This document shows positions 59,020 through 64,000 of a DNA stretch of 64,000 nt, in pieces. Numbering within the stretch: position 1 is the first letter of the stretch; each line of letters opens with the position of its first letter. This stretch comes from Planctomycetales bacterium (lineage in GTDB: Bacteria; 4484-113): NCBI GenBank assembly GCA_037441675.1, contig JBBIRS010000007.1:43679-107678 (forward strand). The letters are read 5' to 3'. The notes under the pieces are model-generated. The model searched no databases. It saw nothing but the letters and a program-made list of their open reading frames with translations, and had not been told where the DNA came from. The position numbers and the translations under genes are program-made.

Positions 59020-60117
59020 TTAAGCGCCCATCCGAATTCCTATGCCCTCCTTCTTGAAACTTTCAGGATGCAGGCAACGGGAGTATCCTTCATCGTAGGA
59101 TATTAAGCCCATATCAACAAGTTTCATCAGGTGCATATCTAGGGTTTGCATTCCCTGCTTCTGGGAGGTTTGAAGGACTGATGTAAGTTGGTGGGTTTTA
59201 CCCTCTCGAATTAACGCTTTAACAGCGTTGGTGCCAAGCATAAGCTCGTAAGCAAGGATACGACCGCCACCAATTTTGCGACAAAGTGTTTGAGAGAGAA
59301 TAGCTTCAATCACAGCACCCAGTTGGATGCGCACCTGCTCCTGCTGGTTCGGTGGGAAAACGTCAATAATTCTATCCACAGCCTGAGTCGAATCGTTGGT
59401 GTGAAGTGTTGACATTACTAGATGCCCTGTTTCTGCTGCGGTGATAGCGATGCTTATGGTTTCTTGGTCTCTCATCTCGCCTACCATAATAACATCTGGG
59501 TCTTGACGCAATACGTGCTTGAGGGCATCCGCAAAGCTATTTGTATCCTCGCCTACCTCTCTTTGGTTCACCAACGCTTTATCGTGCCTGAAGAGGTATT
59601 CAATGGGGTCTTCAATGGTCATAATGTGACATCTTTTATTTTGGTTTATGTGGTTAATCATTGCAGCAAGTGTTGTGGACTTGCCTGAGCCAGTTGGGCC
59701 TGTTACGAGTATGAATCCCCTTGGCTTGAGAACTACTTCCTTCAAAACAGGATTTAGCCCCAGATCATCCATAGTCCTAATCTCGTGGGAGATGGCCCTA
59801 AGCACCGCTCCAACTGAACCCCTCTGCTTAAAGACATTAACACGGAAACGACCTATCTTGGGCCAGCTCATCGCTAAATCAAGTTCGTGCTTTTCCTCAA
59901 AAATCTTAATCTGTTTTTCTAAAAGGGCGGAGTATACTAAGCCCCTGATTGTATCGGGATCAAAGGAAGGATAAGGTAGAGGATAGAGCTCGCCATCAAT
60001 CCGCACGGTTGGGGGAACGCCAACAGTTAGATGAAGGTCGGAAGCTCCTTTTTCAACCGCTTCGAGAAGAAGGTCTCTTATGGTTTTTTCATACTCTGCC
60101 ATCTGGTTTTTCTCCAA
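59020..60117 (-). CDS. pilT: Second PilT-family retraction ATPase (PilT/PilU paralog)
   Basis: 365 aa. Roughly 65% identical by eye to the upstream copy. Same Walker A, Asp-box and His-box motifs. Confidence 0.9.
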   Translation of the reverse strand: MEKNQMAEYEKTIRDLLLEAVEKGASDLHLTVGVPPTVRIDGELYPLPYPSFDPDTIRGLVYSALLEKQIKIFEEKHELDLAMSWPKIGRFRVNVFKQRGSVGAVLRAISHEIRTMDDLGLNPVLKEVVLKPRGFILVTGPTGSGKSTTLAAMINHINQNKRCHIMTIEDPIEYLFRHDKALVNQREVGEDTNSFADALKHVLRQDPDVIMVGEMRDQETISIAITAAETGHLVMSTLHTNDSTQAVDRIIDVFPPNQQEQVRIQLGAVIEAILSQTLCRKIGGGRILAYELMLGTNAVKALIREGKTHQLTSVLQTSQKQGMQTLDMHLMKLVDMGLISYDEGYSRCLHPESFKKEGIGIRMGA

Positions 60118-60233
60118 TTACGAATTTGCCAATCAACCCCCACCTTGATAGATTACATCCCTTAGCATTGGCTAATTACCCAATGCCTTTCTCCTAGATA
60201 AGTACAAGGTAATTAAGTTATCTTTGCTGAAAA

Positions 60234-62093
60234 TCATGCCTCCGCTCTTGCAACCCTTAAAACCTCTTCAATGGTCGTAATTCCTGCAGCAGCCTTTATC
60301 ATTCCACTACTCACTAAAGGAAGCATTCCCTCTGAAATAGCAATACTTCTAAGCTCATCAGTTGACTTATTAGCTACAATAGCTTCGCGAAGAGTTGGAG
60401 TAATCTTCATTATTTCGTAAATTGCTGTTCTACCCTTATATCCAGTATGATGGCAGACAGCGCATCCTTCGCCAATCTTAAAATCATATTCAAGGTTCTC
60501 TGGAAGGTAAGCTTTAATATAGTCAAAGGTAACAGAGTCTAACTCTCTTTTTTTAGCGCAATAAACGCAAACTTTTTTAACCAACCTTTGCGCGATAACA
60601 CCCGTAAGAGAAGCAGCTATCAAGAAAGGCTCAATACCAATGAGGCTCAAGCGAGACACGGTGCTTGGAGCGTCATTTGTGTGAATGGAGGAGAGAACAA
60701 GGTGCCCTGTTAGCGCGGCTTGAACCGCTATCTCTGCGGTTTCCTTGTCGCGCACTTCTCCTACCATAATAACATCGGGGTCTTGGCGCAAAAAGGAACG
60801 AAGAGCGCTTGCAAAGGTGACACCAGCCTTGACGTTTACGTTTACTTGATTTAAGCCCTCAAGCTGATACTCTACTGGGTCCTCAATGGTCAATACATTT
60901 ATCTGAGGACTGTTTACTTCGTTGAGTATGGAATATAGAGTTGTGGTTTTACCACTACCGGTTGGTCCGCAGAGAAAGATAATGCCATTGGGAATTGAAA
61001 TAATCTCGCGGATAACCTTTTCCTCTGATTCCAATAACCCAAGCTTATGAAGTGGAACTATGCCTCTACTCTTATCTAGAAGCCTCATAACCAGCTTTTC
61101 ACCGTAAATTGTGGGTATGGTGGAAAGCCTGATATCTACTTCATTCTGGTCAACGAAAACCTTTATCTTGCCATCTTGGGGTTTTCTCTTCTCCGCAATA
61201 TCAAGCTTACCCATAATCTTAATACGACTGGTCACAAGGGGTTGAAGGCGCTTGGGTATCATCATTGTCTGGTGGAGAACGCCGTCAATTCTTTCCCGAA
61301 CCCTCAGGTTTAGTGGGTTTGGCTCTAAGTGAATATCTGAGGCATGCTCGCGTATTGCGCTTTCTAGTATTGTGTTCACTAAGTTTACAATAGGCGCATC
61401 ATTGTAGCCCATCGTAACATCTTCTTCATCTGCTTCAGTTTCGCCAACCACGCTATCTCCGCTAAGAACTTCAATGGCTTCCTGAGCAGCAACCTGCGCA
61501 CCGAAATACTTGAAAATCACTTTCTTAATCTCATCCTCTATTCCAAGACAGGGAATAACTGTTAGCCCAGTGGCAAGCCTGATATTTTCAATCGCTTGAA
61601 AATCAAGCGGGTCAGCGGTAACGATTAACAGTTTGTTCCCCTCCTTTTTCAATGGCAGGACGTTGTAGCGCTCTATCATTTTACGGGGAATTAGGTCTGA
61701 AACCAAATGGTCGTAAATGTACTCCCTAACATCAACGAAGTCAATGTGAAGTTGCTCCGCTAGTACTTCCGCTACCTGCTCTTGCGTCAAGAACCCGCGC
61801 TCAACCATAATTTCACCTAGTTTCTTTTTTGTGTTTCTCTGCTCTTCTACCACTAACTTTAGCTGTTCGTTTGTTATCCATCCGCGCTTTAGAACCATAG
61901 AGCCAAAACTTGATGTGGAAAAGAACATCTCCATAGCTTCTGGAGAAGTGGCTTCAGCCTGAGATGCACCTTTTGGTTCGGCTTGCGCGACTTGAGCAGA
62001 TGGCGCCTCAGCGATGACAAGCTCGGTCTTTACTGAGCTACCTCCGGTAAGCTCAGACTTAACCTCCTCCATCAAGTTCTTAATCTCTTCCAT
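60234..62093 (-). CDS. pilB: Type IV pilus extension ATPase PilB (GspE family) with N-terminal T2SSE_N domain
   Basis: 619 aa. Walker A GPTGSGKTTT. A tetracysteine motif (CVYCAKK...CAVCHHTGYKGR). MshEN/T2SSE_N-like N-terminal region. Confidence 0.9.
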   Translation of the reverse strand: MEEIKNLMEEVKSELTGGSSVKTELVIAEAPSAQVAQAEPKGASQAEATSPEAMEMFFSTSSFGSMVLKRGWITNEQLKLVVEEQRNTKKKLGEIMVERGFLTQEQVAEVLAEQLHIDFVDVREYIYDHLVSDLIPRKMIERYNVLPLKKEGNKLLIVTADPLDFQAIENIRLATGLTVIPCLGIEDEIKKVIFKYFGAQVAAQEAIEVLSGDSVVGETEADEEDVTMGYNDAPIVNLVNTILESAIREHASDIHLEPNPLNLRVRERIDGVLHQTMMIPKRLQPLVTSRIKIMGKLDIAEKRKPQDGKIKVFVDQNEVDIRLSTIPTIYGEKLVMRLLDKSRGIVPLHKLGLLESEEKVIREIISIPNGIIFLCGPTGSGKTTTLYSILNEVNSPQINVLTIEDPVEYQLEGLNQVNVNVKAGVTFASALRSFLRQDPDVIMVGEVRDKETAEIAVQAALTGHLVLSSIHTNDAPSTVSRLSLIGIEPFLIAASLTGVIAQRLVKKVCVYCAKKRELDSVTFDYIKAYLPENLEYDFKIGEGCAVCHHTGYKGRTAIYEIMKITPTLREAIVANKSTDELRSIAISEGMLPLVSSGMIKAAAGITTIEEVLRVARAEA

Positions 62094-62369
62094 CAGAGCC
62101 TTTTATTCCTATTATTTTCAATGAGCCAGGACTCATTAAAAAAAATAACTTTTGTATTTTACATTAATACCCATCTTTTGTCTAACTAACTTTCAACTCC
62201 TAATATTTCGCATAAGATAAGTGAGCCATAGTTAATAAATGACTCTATGAAATAATCAACACCATATCTTTAGTGGCAAGTTTAATATTCCAGGCTGGCT
62301 TCTAGAATTTCACGATAATGCCTAAGTAAAGCCTCGGAAGTGAATTGAAACAATAACTATATCGTGCAG

Positions 62370-62858
62370 TTAGCGTGTCCTGAAGCTAACCTTTGTATTC
62401 AAGTCCAGTTCTTCTCCGCGGGAATGGGCTTTAATCCTAACAATTACGCTTTTTACTTCATCAGGAATGACGGTACCTGCGCCAGCTGAATCTAAAAAGG
62501 TAAGCTCAAATTTCTCCACGCCTGTTACCATAACTACGTTATTTCTTAGTAGTGTCTTATTGCCTTCGTTAAACGAATATTCTATTGTTTCGCCATCAAG
62601 AACAAATGTAACTGAGTTTGAACTCATATCCACAAGAGAGGAATTACCCCTTAACTCATCAACAAAGTTTTCGATTCCCTGCTCTGCGCTAAATGTAACT
62701 GCCTCCCTACTGCTCATATATTGGGCTGACCTACCGCTTAAGTTATAGAAGACCATAGCCATCCAAATTACAAGCGTTAGAATAAAAATCGCTACGACCG
62801 CTTCTACAGCAGTAAAACCTCTTTCGTTAAAGAAACGCAGTTTTATACTTTCACACAA
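62370..62858 (-). CDS. Minor pilin / pseudopilin (prepilin-type N-terminus)
   Basis: 162 aa. GFTAVEAVVAIFILTLVIW class III signal. Confidence 0.6.
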   Translation of the reverse strand: MCESIKLRFFNERGFTAVEAVVAIFILTLVIWMAMVFYNLSGRSAQYMSSREAVTFSAEQGIENFVDELRGNSSLVDMSSNSVTFVLDGETIEYSFNEGNKTLLRNNVVMVTGVEKFELTFLDSAGAGTVIPDEVKSVIVRIKAHSRGEELDLNTKVSFRTR

Positions 62859-62861
62859 CTC

Positions 62862-63284
62862 TTATATCCCCCTCTTATGAATAAATGTAATATGCTTAGA
62901 CATCGTAGGAGTATTGGTACCCTTTCTAATCACCGTTACTTCTATCTTTACGACCCTTCTCGGTAGATCTGGTGATCCTTCCACTCCAGTCACGCTAAAC
63001 TGCTCCGCCACCACGCTTTGAATTGTGAACCTGCCATCCTCTGAGTCCTCAGAAGTCTCACCCCGCGGAACTCCCTCAAAGCCGAGCGCCTTCAGCTCTT
63101 CAACCTTTTGCCGAGCAAGATTGTCGGCAGTTAAAAAATCTTCCGCATCACCCTGCACACTATAAGTTTGCACGAACACCGGAATCATAAGAAAAGCAAT
63201 AATCATAATTACGAGCGTTGCAATCAGTCCATCAAGAATAGAGAAACCTCTAATCCTAGTTCGTTTAAGCGATGGATTATGCAT
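62862..63284 (-). CDS. Minor pilin / pseudopilin (GspH/FimT-like)
   Basis: 140 aa. RGFSILDGLIATLVIMIIAF prepilin signal. Confidence 0.6.
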   Translation of the reverse strand: MHNPSLKRTRIRGFSILDGLIATLVIMIIAFLMIPVFVQTYSVQGDAEDFLTADNLARQKVEELKALGFEGVPRGETSEDSEDGRFTIQSVVAEQFSVTGVEGSPDLPRRVVKIEVTVIRKGTNTPTMSKHITFIHKRGI

Positions 63285-64000
63285 TAGAGTTCCTCCCAGG
63301 TGGGTCTGTCAATGAAAAATCCAGGAGCTCCAAAAAGGCTGATCGCCTCGCTGCTATACCGTATGTTTGGATTTCCCGAAACCCTAAAATCAAGGGTGCC
63401 CTCTGATTTTATCCAAAGCGCACCTATTACATCGGGTGTTCCGTGTACCCAAGCTTCCTCGCCCTCAACTACGAATATACCGTGCCAAAGGATTGTTCCT
63501 CCACCACTGAGAAGGCTACCGTTTATGTGAAATATTCCGTATCCCTCAATGTTACCTAGAATTTCAAGGTCGGTGTTTACTTCTATCACGACGGGGGTAT
63601 CCTCACTCCCAAAAGTTGTTGGTAGCCCCTTAGATTCAAGCAAGCCTGGAACAAGGTGGAGTTTTCCATCAAGGACACCGTCATCCTCATCGTTAAAGGT
63701 GTAATCAGCAATTTTACCGAGGTTTTCCGTATAAGCTGAGATATTTACCGGGTTTGAATCGTCCGTTACAATGCTTGGCGGTGCGGTAGAGCCTGTGATT
63801 CTGTTTCCCTGTTGAGCTCTGGTTGGTCTAATCCCAGCGCTGGAGGCAGCATTCGACGTTACAATCCCCGGTTTATCAGTACCAGAAATCGGGTTTCCGT
63901 TTATATCATGGTCGGTACCGTCAATCCTAAAAGCGTTACCATTATAATTACTGGCAACATTACCAGCATCCACGTATAAAGCGGAGGGGCTACCTCCGGT
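63284..64000 (-). CDS. Partial ORF, possibly PilX/PilY-like pilus tip protein (N-terminus beyond the window)
   Basis: Open frame continues past 64000 with no stop. Gly/Asn/Thr-rich beta-type sequence. Heads the minor-pilin gene string. Confidence 0.35.
   Translation of the reverse strand, partial: TGGSPSALYVDAGNVASNYNGNAFRIDGTDHDINGNPISGTDKPGIVTSNAASSAGIRPTRAQQGNRITGSTAPPSIVTDDSNPVNISAYTENLGKIADYTFNDEDDGVLDGKLHLVPGLLESKGLPTTFGSEDTPVVIEVNTDLEILGNIEGYGIFHINGSLLSGGGTILWHGIFVVEGEEAWVHGTPDVIGALWIKSEGTLDFRVSGNPNIRYSSEAISLFGAPGFFIDRPTWEEL

Noticed and set aside
1-64000. CRISPR arrays, prophage, integrase or transposase, and toxin-antitoxin or known defence islands
   Set aside because: None of these was seen. 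There are no regularly spaced direct repeats with unique spacers and no recombinase or transposase ORFs in any frame. The PolB gene has no mobile-element neighbours.

Overview
This 64 kb window is a bacterial chromosomal segment of about 45-48% GC with dense, operon-like gene packing, from an unidentified and probably uncultivated lineage. All calls below rest on motif recognition in the supplied six-frame translations and on direct reading of the DNA. No similarity searches were run.

Gene content from 5' to 3':
- A 5'-truncated PKD-repeat surface protein.
- An acidic hypothetical protein translationally coupled to kdsA.
- cstA, convergent with a LivK-type substrate-binding protein.
- tRNA-Leu(CAA), then purL.
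- A minus-strand plsX-fabH-fabD lipid operon.
- A NUDIX hydrolase.
- A purine block: a CBS-less IMPDH-family protein, guaA and hpt.
- rho with an N-terminal insertion domain.
- A MobA-like nucleotidyltransferase and several envelope hypotheticals.
- yqeG and ruvX.
- Two gamma-carbonic-anhydrase-like hexapeptide proteins.
- Two tandem adenosylcobalamin-dependent class II ribonucleotide reductases, each ending in a zinc ribbon.
- A double zinc-ribbon protein divergent from a transporter.
- tRNA-Gly(GCC).
- A nicotinate phosphoribosyltransferase.
- A CocE/NonD hydrolase overlapping a family-B DNA polymerase whose 3'-5' exonuclease motifs look degenerate.
- A PP2C phosphatase coupled to CorA.
- Pyruvate phosphate dikinase.
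- Two SurA-N-only chaperone-like proteins.
- A complete type IVa pilus locus from 47.9 kb to the window end.

The pilus locus encodes a PilX/Y-like partial ORF, two minor pilins, PilB, two PilT paralogs, PilC, two pilins, PilM, PilN, PilO, a PilP-like protein, a PilQ secretin and one extra secreted protein.

The least-explained signals are non-coding. A modular family of intergenic repeats carries hairpins, and one hairpin shows a compensatory base-pair change between copies. These lie at 834-954, 6175-6321, 8769-8855 and 30403-30430. A seven-unit array of a degenerate 14-mer (GGTGAAnCnTTCAG) sits in the long rho leader. Its core palindrome TTCAGGGTGAA recurs upstream of purL and between the two RNR genes.

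No CRISPR array, integrase, transposase or recognisable defence system was found.
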